Assembly: GCF_022045235.1 (NCBI RefSeq)
Contig: NW_027266264.1
Span: 46,562,001 to 46,626,000, forward strand
DNA length: 64,000 nt
DNA from: Haliotis cracherodii
Lineage: Eukaryota
Direction of reading: 5' to 3'
Shown here one piece after another: positions 35,827 to 48,640 of this stretch (position 1 is the stretch's first letter; each line of letters begins with the position of its first letter). The position numbers and the translations under genes were made by a program. The notes below the pieces were generated by a model. It saw only the letters and a program-made list of their open reading frames with translations. It did not search any database and had not been told where the DNA came from.

Positions 35827-38800
35827 AGAGCTACTATATTGATTCCACACCCCTTCACTGGTGCTATACTGGGACTCAATATTATTGCATGAAGAAAACA
35901 TATCCAACAAATAGTAGCTTAATATTATTGTTAACGACTCAATACATCAGAAACAAATGTTTTGTTAAGATCATTGCTATTTTCCAAACATCTCTTTGAA
36001 GCAGCTCTTGTCGACATTGATTAAAAATTGATGAAAGATGATAACATATGTAAAATTAGTCACGTCGAAATTTGTCAGAATTTGTGCCTCAGCATTTCTA
36101 TTTTGTCGAAAGTCTGTCGAACGTGTCCAACCCGCACTTGATTTGTTGCATGACTCTGATATCATGGCTTTCGTTGATATTGACAGAAATACGATTATAC
36201 GTGTATCAAAATGTCTAGACCCGAGCTATCTAATAAGATGTCATTCGATCTGAACATGTGAGCCGAGAATAATTAATTGCTTAAATGGTCCCTTGAGTTC
36301 CCACTTGATGAATATATTGTTATGTTTTTATGTCAGAGAAAATGCACAATAAGGTAATGGAGTCTTGATGCAATGGCAGTGTTCACGGCCTCTGTATGCA
36401 TCTTTCCAATGGACTCTTCAACTGCTAGACATTAAAAAATCCCCAAATCCTTTCTTCGGGGAATATTTTGTTTTAATTGATTAAACACCCCGTTGTCCAG
36501 ACTTTACCTTGTAGATTAGAATTAGATTAGACCTTTATAATCTTCCTCACCGTAAAACCGTATTGTATCATCACGCTCAGACAATGCCTTGATCAGCCGT
36601 GACATCAGTTTTATCAGTAGTGAGCCATCATAGACTCCAAATTACACACGCCATATAATAGAGCTTCCCACTTCTTGAGCCTGCAACATGTATATTTCAC
36701 GGTCACATCCCCACCCCCGGGGTCGTAACGTCCGTGGCTAACCCCCGCCCTAGGCGATATGCGAAACAGGACCATTCATGATTTCTTGTCAATTTCAGTA
36801 AACTTGTATATGTTGAAAGTGAATATCATTGTCAATATTTACCGGCTGGATACTGACGTGTGTATATCTATTGCCTATGGTGAAATATATTTCGACAGTA
36901 AAATTGTCATTGAGGCACATATTTACATTGCTTCAAATAGCTTACGTTAGATTCAATTAAACACGTCAAGCTCACAGTTAAATGAATGTTACTCGTGATT
37001 TTCTTTAACCGTATTCTTAAGATGAAGAACCTTATTTTATTAAAGTGTCACACATTGTAAAGTGCAAGTATGACATTAAATAATCTTTACATGTATACAA
37101 TGTCCGGCCATATGGCCTAAGAGACACACAACTCAACATGTATACAAATATGCGTAAAGTAACAAGATGCATGTATAGATTTAAATACAGATTTCATAGT
37201 GAGGCTCTTCATCGACCTCTATATGTTCTTGGACCAAACAGGAACTAGTTTCCTGTTGAAAACATCACGAAGCTAATGAACTCGTTAACCGATCAATTTA
37301 TTAGATGAACATGTATTCGCTTCAAGGAACACAACATACATATCCGTGTGGTACCGTGGTCATTATTTCCTAATTAACTAGAATATATTGCGGTAACTTC
37401 AGAGAAAAATTAATTTCTATCTTCTATGCATAAACATGCCTAATCTAATGTGCACAGGGGATTTGTACCTTGTTGAGGGAGACGCGTTCTTTCGGAACGT
37501 AAGTATTTACGTCTATGTTTATGTTCAGCCTATGTCGGACGTGCTGTACAAATTGGCTTAAAACAAACTAACCCGATCCCCTTTCATTAAATGCGGATGA
37601 CGTGTTCGATATAATCGCCGTGGCGTCAGCAGCGCGCTTTCTCCGTGTTACAGGTGTAAAACTCCAGTTTCTGTTTTCTATAACTTCAAAGGAGACTCAG
37701 TTTCTTGCTTTTAACACAAAATATGTTTTAAGAAAAAAGGCTTGCGGTATTTGTTTTAATTGTTTTCCCTAGATGACTCAAGAAGATACACACATTGACA
37801 ATATTAGACTTTTCGGAAAATTCAAACGTTTGCTATTTTGAAGTGGTGTCAAAAGTGCGTTTTCCAAAATAAGTCTCTGATGTAAAAGAAGTGTTTTCAA
37901 TGCTTAACACCTTTATTTCAAGTAAACATGTCAAATTCACGCCATTGTCAATTTCCCCCATGTTGCTGTATACAGTACTTGAGCGATATTCACACTATTT
38001 GGCCATACACTTTGTGCTATACGTGACAGGATGTTGCAGGCAGGTAATGGCCACACGTTGGTGTTATTGTTATAACAATATATTACCACTTCTTGCTATA
38101 CCAACGAACCGAAATGGACATCATATTGGTTGAATCAAGTGTGAGAGGGTATATGCATAGAAGCAATATAATTGTTGAGGAGTATTTATCAGCATTGATA
38201 ACCAGTTACACATATACTGATAGTTAAGTGGTTTTTGTAGTAGTAGTTTTCACATGAAGGAATTGTATTGATACAAACCATATATACGCGCGTGTACAAT
38301 GCGGATTTATCATTGATAAGTATCATATAATTGTGTTCCGTTGATACCTGTTTTTTTGTTAGATGAATAGTGTAAGCATACATGATTAGTATTTAATTTT
38401 AAATTGTAAAGAAGACACACTACATTTAATGTATCGTAAAATTATCCAGTAACTATACATATCTTGAAATGCCAATTTGCAGTGGAACTAGCATGGCATT
38501 TCTTTTCAAGAATTTTTGGGGACAATTTACCCACCCCCAGAATATCAAATGGTCGGCCATTAATGTCAGTAATAATTTGGCCGAATTATCATGCCTACTG
38601 TGATTGATAATAACAATATGATAGTGTCCAATCGAAACACGTTATTATAATTAATTATGATTCTAGTATCATAGCTACACCAAACATGCTCCACTTCTTC
38701 AAAGGAAAACACGTAACGTATCGATCTTAACCCTGATGCTGGACGGGGAAGGCTTCATAAGCTAGTCCAGGTTTGTGTGTGCTACCAGATACAAGAGTGG

Positions 38801-39404
38801 ATCGAAATACTTGTTATGGGACCCCTCAAACTCACTGCGTTTCTATTGTGTTCGTGATTCTACTCATCTTGACTGTGTCCATCACTGGGGGAGCGAGAAA
38901 ACAGTTTTTGAAAATCTCACTTTCTGTGCAACAATATAAAATTTCGAGTAAAGAAAACATTACAGAAGCCACACTGTGGGTTATGAGGTTACCATAAATG
39001 CATAATACCTAGATAATGTACCTAAATATACAATATAAGATGTTTAATAACTTCTACCATACTCATACAGGTGAGAACAATTACATATTGTGTATGCAGA
39101 TAATAAAATCATGGTTCTCCCTGTTACCACTGCATGAACCTTAAATGCTAAACTATTTCCATGTCCTGGTTTTGCATTGAAAAGACATATTTGTCCACTG
39201 AACGCCTATCATAAACGTGCAGTCAAGTAAACTGTAATAGCAGAAAATGTCAGTCCAAATAGAGAGAAAAATCAAATATAGATTGAGTTTCATCCTCAAT
39301 AGGTCACAAACTTGTACTGGAGTGTGTCCATAATATATCATTACCCTTGAGTGAACTACATCCGTCATTGGGAATAGCCTTAAAACATACCTGTATCCTT
39401 CATA

Positions 39405-40645
39405 AGGAATCCCCTTAGAGTAGAGTTAAAATAAGTATCACCGTGAAGTGAGCAATGGTTCGTTTGCAAGGAATATGATACGATGCAGTACTAGTTTTAC
39501 TTACAATCAGCTATTTTGAGTTTAATTCCACTATGAACTGACATGTTGTGTATGAACCTTTATGTAGTGTATGAACTTATGTATAGTGTATGAACTTAGT
39601 TGCAGTCTATGAACGTATGTATAGTGTATGAACTTATATGTAGTGTATGAACTTATATGTAGTGTATGAACAAATGTGTGATGTATGAACTTATGTATAA
39701 TGTATGAACTTATATTTAGTGTATGAACTTATGTGTAGGGTATGAACTTATATATAGTGTATGAACTTATGTGTAGTGTATGAACTTATGTGTAGGGTAT
39801 GAACAAATGTATGGTGTGTGAACTTATATATAGTGTATGAACTTATATGTAGTGTATGAACAAATGCGTGGTGTTTTGAACTTATGTATAGTGTATGAAC
39901 TTATGTGTAGTGTGTGAAATTATATGTAGTGTATGAGGAATCACCTTGGAGTAGAGTTAAAATAAGTATCACCATGGAGTGAGCAATTGTGTGTTTGCAA
40001 GAGTGAATGATTGAGGTGGGTGTAACGCCGCTTTTAACATTATTCCGGTTATATCACGGCGTATCAGCTTAATATGGGAGGAAAGCCCGAAGTGATGCAG
40101 GTCTCAGACGTTTACCACTTCGGTGAAACCCACGAGCACGGGTATGGTGCTGACAAACCTAGAAACATAATCGGGGCGAACAGGGATTCGAACTCACAAG
40201 CATAGGTTTCTGGCGTGCCCAAGGGACACAACTCTGCACAGCGAATCGCGGCGCCTTAGACGACTGGGCCACCCGTGCCCCGTGTTTGCAAGAAATCTGA
40301 TACGATATGGTAGTTTAACTTACAATCAGCCATTTTGAGTTTTAACTCCATTATGAACTGACATGTGGTGTGTGAACTTATGTGCAGTGTATAAACTTAT
40401 GTGTAGTGTATAAACTTATGTGTAGTGTATAAACATATGTGTAGTGTATAAACATATGTGTAGTGTATAAACATATGTGTAGTGTATAAATATATGTGTA
40501 GTGTATAAACATATGTGTAGTGTATAAACATATGTGTAGTGTATAAACATATGTGTAGTGTATAAACTTATGTGTAGTGTGGTTTATGAACCTATGTGAA
40601 GTGCACGAACTGATTGTGGTGTATGAACTTATGTGTAGTGTATGT
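39405..40645. repeat. Two-unit tandem duplication, each unit a ~140-bp unique block plus a 19-bp minisatellite (agtgtatgaacttatgtgt)
   Basis: The block 'gagtagagttaaaataagtatcacc...acttacaatcagc.attttgag' occurs at ~39418 and ~39948. Minisatellites lie at 39548-39935 and 40368-40645. Confidence 0.88.
40003..40281 (-). mobile_element. SINE family B, full length, with 12-bp TSD
   Basis: Reverse complement of the 20433 family. gtgtttgcaaga is duplicated at 39991-40002 and 40282-40293. Confidence 0.9.
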
Positions 40646-40874
40646 CATTGATTCCCCGAGGGAGAGGAGTGTATAAACTAATCTTCTGGTGAGTGTACGA
40701 AAAAGAAGAGACAGCTTTTGTATACGTAGTTTATTTTAAGTATTAAGACAATACATGTATGCACAAGCTCAATTCTTTTAAGAACATTGCCGTATAATAT
40801 CTTTGGCAATATCTCGGTCATTCACATGCTTCAAATAGACATACTTAGCACTTATACGTCAAACAAGCTAAACG

Positions 40875-41981
40875 CTAAGCTTGATTTTCATAAGAAAGTG
40901 AACAAAGCGTATTTGTTTCATTCGGAAATATTGAGTTCGTAGCACTAACAAGGGAATGATGCAATGATGAATACAGACTGTGAGAATTTTGACTTCGACA
41001 TGTAGAGGGCATATGTGGCACGTTGACCCCACCCAGGGTAGAGCTTCCCGGGGGAGAGCTGGAGAGAGGGGAGCCGGTCAGGGAGCTGTTCATGCTGCTG
41101 GCGTTGTAGTAGCCGGCTGTAGGAGGAGAGTAGACTGTAGGAGATGTCATAGTCCAGGGACTGGGGTCAGGCCTATTTGCTGTGCTGTAGGCGTGTGTCT
41201 GGGTCAGTCCCTGGGTTATGGGGGGAAGACTTACGGGGCTGAAGCCAAGGTAGGGGGACTGACCTCCATATAAACCTAAAAGGCCATAAGAAGTAAGACG
41301 TTGGACGGTGGCTTCATCTTGTCGCTGTTTGTGTCCTGACTTGAAACGTTTAGAACGACGGAGGAAACTGCCGTTACCAAACATGTCCCCACAAGATGGA
41401 TGCAGAGCCCACAGGTTACCCTTGCCTGGTTTCCCCGGGGGTCGGGGCACCTTGACGAAACAGTCATTGAGGGAGAGGTTGTGTCTGATGGAGTTTTGCC
41501 ATCTCCGTTGGTTGTCTTGGTAGTATGGGAATCTCTTGACGATGTAGTTGTAGATGTCGTTGAGAGTCATCATGCCTGTTGTAGAACTCTCGACGGCCAT
41601 GGTGATGAGAGCCACATAGGAATAGGGAGGCTTCTTGTTGGAAAACTCTCTTTTCTGTTGGGAGAATGTAGACGTTCCTGGCCCACTGTTACGACTCGTG
41701 TCATCGTCGTCAGTATCTGAAGTAAGTGATGCGGGTGGTGACGGGGTAATGCTGTAATGACTCGTAGTCTCTACTGTGTGACGAGGAATGGATCTCGCTT
41801 CAGATGTAAAATGGCGTTGGTCATCGGGTACGAACTTGGATGTGTCGTCTGCTTCCTGGGCAACTGCAGACGTCCAATGAGTGACTGGAGCGTGGTGTTG
41901 AAGAAATTGGAGAGATGTCGTCTGTTGCGACATGCAGGAAGAAGCATCCTCGCTGTGTTTAAACGTGGATGGGTTAAACAT
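40875..41981 (-). CDS. FoxAB: FoxAB-like forkhead transcription factor, copy 2 (368 aa from ATG 41981)
   Basis: Intact forkhead domain. The ATG at 41981 (MFNPS) aligns with MYNPF of copies 3/4 and lies 81 bp downstream of the TATA box. AATAAA (-) at 40730-40735. Confidence 0.83.
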   Translation of the reverse strand: MFNPSTFKHSEDASSCMSQQTTSLQFLQHHAPVTHWTSAVAQEADDTSKFVPDDQRHFTSEARSIPRHTVETTSHYSITPSPPASLTSDTDDDDTSRNSGPGTSTFSQQKREFSNKKPPYSYVALITMAVESSTTGMMTLNDIYNYIVKRFPYYQDNQRRWQNSIRHNLSLNDCFVKVPRPPGKPGKGNLWALHPSCGDMFGNGSFLRRSKRFKSGHKQRQDEATVQRLTSYGLLGLYGGQSPYLGFSPVSLPPITQGLTQTHAYSTANRPDPSPWTMTSPTVYSPPTAGYYNASSMNSSLTGSPLSSSPPGSSTLGGVNVPHMPSTCRSQNSHSLYSSLHHSLVSATNSIFPNETNTLCSLSYENQA

Positions 41982-42059
41982 GTTTCTTGACACAAGCTCC
42001 GGGGAGAACAGTTTTATCTCAGTAGGAAGAGAAATGTTTATCCTCTCCCTCAACCACAA

Positions 42060-42199
42060 GGTTTATATTCCCTGTCGAGATTATCCCCTCGTCAAACGCT
42101 TTACAGAACTCATTTGTTTCTTGATTAGGCGTCCATTGTTTCTCCAACTGTAATGAGACTAGGAGGTGCTTGCTGTTCAGGCTACACAGAGCTGATTGG
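42060..42199 (-). promoter_or_regulatory. Core promoter of Fox copy 2
   Basis: TATAAA (-) at 42062-42067, TAATCA (-) near 42122, CCAAT (-) at 42195-42199. Confidence 0.6.
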
Positions 42200-45100
42200 T
42201 TTAAACGTTAACTCCACCTTTATAAGCATGTTATTCATCAAATGGACATGTCGCATTTTAATAATTTTGTTCAAAGAATAGAAAATGCCCTGTACGCTAT
42301 TTAGATCAACCTGTTTATTCATAAGGATTATTTAGGAAACCCTCGACAGAAATGTTTCCAAATTGATGGCATTAGCATTTAGTGTTTTACGCGTACAGTG
42401 TGTTTTGTAGTGTGTGTTTCACACCTCTTTTACACACATCAACGATGTCAACATTAATCTTATCAGGGATACTTACTGAAATATTGACATCAAAACAAAT
42501 CAGCACAACAAATTCTCGGTTTTACAATATCGATAATCACAGAAACAAACATTCCGCCAGCATACTAACTGTAGAAATAGCCGCTGAAGATGCCTCTTGG
42601 TCAACATAAGTTACCATAAGTTAATATACATAATTAATGTATGTCAATATACAAATGCGGGTGCTATTTGACAGAGGTAATGTTCTGATTCACCTAATGT
42701 TTTAAGGATTTGTCGGTTATGGCTCCAACAAAGCTAAATTTAAGACAGTACATATTTCTTACTCCTAAAATAGCCCGCCATCTTATAAGTTACGTTCTAG
42801 TAATCATGTTTATGTTATGACGTTGGGTAAATTGCACCAGTTCTTTGCAAAAATATGTAAATATGTAATAAACAGTGTGTGGGAGATTAATACCATTATC
42901 TACTTGAATTTTCCCTATTCTAAAGAACATAAGGAAAGTATACAAAGACAAATATCACAGTGTACATATTCATCCTTGTTTATAAGTTCATTCTTCTTCC
43001 AGCGCAGCCAGCAGAGAGACGCACATGTATGTTATCACTTAGAAAACTATCTACACTTGTCAACTCTGTCTTAATGCTCCATGGCACTTCGACTATGTGT
43101 ACAGCCATGTGAGGTGAGGCATTGTTATATTATATCCATGTACGTCAGTGGTTTTTGTGGAATAAGATTGTTTATAAGATAGATGTAGCGATTGTCATTA
43201 TGAATCCACATGCCTGTCATTCTATTTCGGTCAGATTAACACTTTCAATAATACGTAGGTGGATAATTTTTGAACTAGGAAATGAACATCACAAGATAAT
43301 CAAGCGCCTTGAGGTTCGTGCATTTCCGTTATTAATTACACAAGTAATCGTATCGGGGAGTCTTAATGACACATTTAATGACTTGTCGCTACACCGATGG
43401 ACGCCACAACAATTCAGCACTCCACTTCCCGCGTTGGCAGTATCGATAATCAAACGCCCTCCAGTCTGTGACAGTAGCTACACAAGGGGATTGTTGACAT
43501 AATGTGATGTATGTTTTGTTTTTCTCGCTAAGCTATATCAATTCTATAAAATCCTCATGCCATTATTTAAATCAATCTGGAATTAATAATAATGTATCGC
43601 TTGATATTGTACATTGTGTAATTTTATATATGCATTTGTGTTATGTCTACGATGTTATGTGAACAGTTATGTTTACAGTGTTATAGATACATGTTATGTA
43701 CGCTAATGTCACTTTTTACTTTTACTGAGTACAGTAAAGTTCGCTTCAGTTCGGAGAATACCTGATCCACCAAGGTGTACATGCCTTATTATTGTTCTCT
43801 TCAGAAAGGAGGAAGCCACCTTTATGAGTTCCACCACCCACAATGAACCAGACCGACCCTTGAGTCATGTACAAATGAATGTTTACGTCATTTAACAAGG
43901 GACACGTTTCTTGATTATTGTTGCGATTAGTAAACAAATATTAATAAAACTGATGATGAAAGTTCAACAGCTGCAAACATGACAAAGTTTTGTACTGATT
44001 AAACTGTAAAAGCAGGGTTGTATGTTAAGTCCGATCCTGTTATCACTCTTCATGAACTAATTACACAATGAAATGATTTTGTAAAAGAAAACAAGTGCAG
44101 AGACATTTGACTATTGGTCTTTACGCTTATGGACTAAGGTGTCATTTATTCAGTGTATTGTGTTCCCGGAGCTTTATCTGATTATGGATACTACCTCCAT
44201 GATCAGTGCATTTCTCTAGCTATCGCAATGTAGAAAGACTTCCTAAAACTTTATTTACACCAATGAGCTCATAGTGACGTATTCGCTGAGCTAACGTCTT
44301 GAACATATCCGCGCTCCTAATTACACGCTCAGCTGGTGACATTCACACGTCTTCATTGACCACGCCGTGACTTGAACATGTACATCACACCTGAACCAAA
44401 TCCCTACCCACAGGCTTCACGTGATGGACACATCGCACCCCAATCGCTGGACCCCCGGGCCTGTGTCCAGTATGGCAATCTCTGGCCCTCATTGTTGTGG
44501 TTAAACACCAGTATCAATATTGGTTCAGCAAGCTTTCATGGTTTGTGGCATGTAGGTTCAACGTTGTTTCCAGGAGAAGTTTGCTTGCTGTATTTGTAAT
44601 TTGTTGTAATCAAGCTAGATCTCTACACCATCGACCTGCTAACACGCGAAGTTGTGGACGCTTAACCTCAAGAATATGGAATATATAGACGTTGAATATA
44701 TATGAGGACTTGGAGGGAAAACCACTTCGGGGCCATCTGTAAATTAGCATTTAAATATTGTGCATTATAAACTGAATTTTAACCTGAGAAGATGTTACCA
44801 CATGAGGCGGTTTACATTGTGGTCCACAATTGTGTAACACTAATCATGTTGTTGGTAGTAGTGTTATACAGCAAATAAAGCGACACGACCCTTTCCATAT
44901 CCAATAGAAATCTCTGCATAAAGCAGTGTCGATTGTACGATTCCAACTATATCTTGAACATGTGTCTATGAATTACTGTCGAACAGTAATGACATCAAGT
45001 ATTCGCGAAAAGATGAGCGTATCCTGCCCAACCGGTGGCACCCGTCCCAAACACATGCAAAGGCAAGTCAATTGTTCACCTTAAAAACAAGTCCAAATAG

Positions 45101-47887
45101 GGAATTGCATCGGACATAATTTTTGTCACTGATGCGTAAAATTTGGAAATGTCCTTCACATGTTTACCATAATTATTTTTGAAAGCTTTACTGACGCCTT
45201 GAATTCGTATTTGTGGAAAGTATTTGGAAAGCACTGTGTCAGCACTAAGATGTCCAAAATGTTAAAGTCAATTTATGGTAATGTCAAGTCATTTTTATAT
45301 CAGCAAATGCAGTGAGCTAAAAATATCAGTACATGACGTCAGAGCTTGTATGATCAGCGCGGTGTATTTTCGTCTAAGTGAAACTGTTCAACTGTTAAAC
45401 ACCAGAACTGGAGTGGTCGGGTGCAATCCGAACAACAAACACTTGAGGCTTGATATACCCCACAGATACACTGGCATTCAGATGCTCAACACCTACAGGT
45501 TGACTTGTGTATTTTTCAGGTGTTTCATATCTATCCTGTGTGTAAATATACACGTGTTGATATGTTGGATAATATCTTGCCAGCATATGTTCTGTTGTTA
45601 TTTTTATTTTGCATAGTGTTACATGTCACTATGTTATTGGTAAGTAAAACGCTTTCCCTACCAAATGTGATCAAACCAAACACGTGTCTGTTTATATGTT
45701 TACGATTGTTGCAGACGCAGACTATCTGTTTCTCCACCTTACTGTTTACCTGACGATGTCGGTGCATTTGATGTTTCCACAGTTAACAAGAGTCAATCAG
45801 CGGATAAGGATTAGCAGACGACAGCTACCAATTTTGATTTATCAAATTGAGATTATCAGTTGTAATTACAAGCGGTTGGGTATTTGCTGTTTTCTGTAAG
45901 CTTATTTTCTTAATTTACCTGTGAGGTACAACCAGCTTTATTAAGTAAGCCAATTTTCAGAATTGGCTTACCTCAAACCGCTTTTCTTCCTTCACATCCA
46001 TCGAGTCGGAGGATGAAGGTAAGTAAGATGGCGACGATGGTGGACTTTCCCTCATGCGACAGACGTCAAGATCCAATTTTCACAGAAGGCCGATATTTAG
46101 TCACCTATAAGTCACCTATAATGTCAAATCATGTCATGTTTGCATTGACCTTAAGTTTGAATCGCTCTATCCTCGTGGGATGTACGTACAAACAGCGATG
46201 TCTGAAAGGTTCCCCTCCGTTAACATATAATGACGTCATTGTCTGTTTAGGGCATTACCTTTCGTTAACAAATCATAACGTCATTGTCTATTTAGCGCAA
46301 TTGTGATTATTGTTATGTATTAGTGATGCACCATCAACTGTAGACATTACCACTCTACATCATTTAATGTAAGTTGAATATTTATTATATTAACCATGTT
46401 TATATGACACGTACGGCGGTAAATATCTCATTGTTCCTATAAAACAAACATAATTATAAAAGTATCCCATATGCTCCTTATAATCTATAATTCATACAGT
46501 TTTGCATAATTGAATATTCTTTTAAATTTGACGCAACAGAAGGTACTTCACGTTACATCACAGGGCGTCAGTTTCATGTAGGAAAGACGCAGCTTATAGA
46601 AGGGAAACCCGAGAGAATGGATATGTATGGTAGTATAAGGTAATGTACATCATGGGTAACAACTATGTTTAGAACATATAGTTTATATATTTATTTATAT
46701 CAATCATGTTTTACTGTCTCTCATAACCTAATGGATGAGTGGCTTTCGTGCATCTTTTTATGATTTTACACAATATTTTGCTTTTCCTTTGGAAGAGAGG
46801 CCGGTCACGTGACTGTGATGACTGACGTTCACAAGTGTATGAAAAACACACTTTGATGTTCAATACGTTTTTCACGAGAATGTATTCTTGAAATGACCGT
46901 AAACACTGACAGACTACTTACACATACAACAGCGTTGTTTCTGATCATTCAGACCCTTTAATCTTGAACTCATACATTGAGAAACGTCAGAGAGTTTGAC
47001 TGCATGATCGTTCCCGAATATCCTCGCTACGACCCACCCTAGTGGACAAAACATAGACATGCTTATCCACTATCGTAGTATCGACTCGATCCGTGTCTAG
47101 ACTCACAGTGACAGCCTACAACAATCTATGAATTTACCTTGGTATCTATTTGACACATCTTTACAATTACCTTTCAATGATCGGCCAACTGATCAATGAT
47201 GACCAACACATGTAACCACCACAGGTAGGTTTTCCGTGTCGGCCATTCTGACGTCTTGTACGTGATGTAAATGTATTACGACGCGCTGTCATTGTGACTT
47301 ACTGAGGTAGTTCTTAAAAGACCTTTCTCACCCAGTGATGATATTATTTGAATACAATTCTTGTAAACAAACTACAACAGATGTTCCTGAAAAGCAAGTT
47401 GAGCATACAGACGCTCGCGTCACCTCTCTGGGGAACTATTTTATTCCGCGATACAGCTGGTTGTTGTATGGCCGTCAGTCAGTGCAAACATGAAGTAACA
47501 CGTATAGACCTAGTGCTACATCTCTTGGGGTATAAAAAAATGATATAAAACATAAGAGAATCTGGGATCCGAACACTTGACAAGCGGATGTTCGGACGCA
47601 ATTCTTCGCAACGAGATACGGCGTAATGAACTAGAGGGCCAGTTCCAGGACGCTTCATCGGTTAGAGAGAGAGAGTCCCTCCTGGACACAAAGTGAAGGA
47701 CTCACTTCCGGCTTAGGTGCCCTTTGATGATGCCGACGGCCAGGTGTTCCACGTGCCGAGTCTGAATACTTCAGTACGTTCAAGTAAATAAATACAAGTC
47801 GCCATTACAAGTCTGGGGAAGTCTGATCTCCTGTAAATCCTAAACATCCTATGTACACATAGTCTTGACTTAATAATGTTGAGTTAA

Positions 47888-47980
47888 GTTATTCGAACCC
47901 TCGATCATAGGTTTTTGGCGTGTCCAAGAGGCACAATTCAGCACAGCGGCGCCCTATACAACTGGGCCAACCGTGCCTCC
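47888..47980 (-). mobile_element. SINE family B 5' fragment
   Basis: attcgaaccc...ggcgtgtccaag.ggcacaa...actgggccaaccgtgcc matches the head at 40185-40281. Confidence 0.7.
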
Positions 47981-48369
47981 GCAGAGGTAGATATGTTTTT
48001 TAAACATGGCATATATTTGAAAAGTTTGTGGCAAAAATCTTTTTGAGCTCGATTCAGCTGTTTTATCGTTTTATCTTGCTATTGCTATAGTTGTCCTTAA
48101 TATTGTCGGGGAGTCAGGATAGGATGAACTCCCGCATGCCACCTAAAGGGGGACAGCGTGCCACCGTTAGCTGCCCTTTTCATTCTAGGTAAACACGTTG
48201 ACTCGAGGCAAGTGGTCAGTGGTTTTCAATGCTACAGGGAAGTTGCGATTTCAGTTATTTCGTAAAATGCCAAGACATTTCGTGCCCATATCTATGTTCA
48301 TAGTGATATATTTGTCCCCACTGGCAATGACGCACAGAATTAAGCGACCTGTATATGACCTCGCGGATC

Positions 48370-48640
48370 TAGTGTTCATATCCTGGTATATGTCTTTTGC
48401 AGAATCGGACATTGGCTGTTGTATGGGTGAGTGCAGCTAGTCACAGGAGAGAGGGCAGCCGTATCGTGTAGGCACCACCCAGGGGAGAGCTATCGAAGGA
48501 GACTTGGAGAGGGGGGAGCCGGTCTGATCCCATGTTCAGATCCCATAGTGCAGGTTCTGGGGTCAGACTTGCCCTATGTGCTGTGGGGATGTGTCTAGGT
48601 CAGTCCCAGGGGTAAGGGGTCAAGATTCAGGGGGTTGAAA
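48370..48640 (-). pseudogene. Relic FoxAB-like copy: C-terminal coding portion only, forkhead box absent
   Basis: Collinear with copy 3 at ~53075-53391: 'gaatcggacattggctgttgtatg', 'ggagaggggggagccggtc', 'gatcccat', 'tgtgctgtggggatgtgtctaggtcagtcccaggggtaagg..tcagggggttgaa'. Similarity stops before the forkhead box. Confidence 0.8.

Noticed and set aside
41982-42059. 26-aa N-terminal extension of Fox copy 2 in the ORF track
   Set aside because: It begins at a non-ATG codon immediately beside the TATA box. ATG 41981 aligns with the paralog starts.
47460-47846. Possible solo LTR (TG...CA, TATA-like and AATAAA words)
   Set aside because: No matching target-site duplication or second copy was found in the window.
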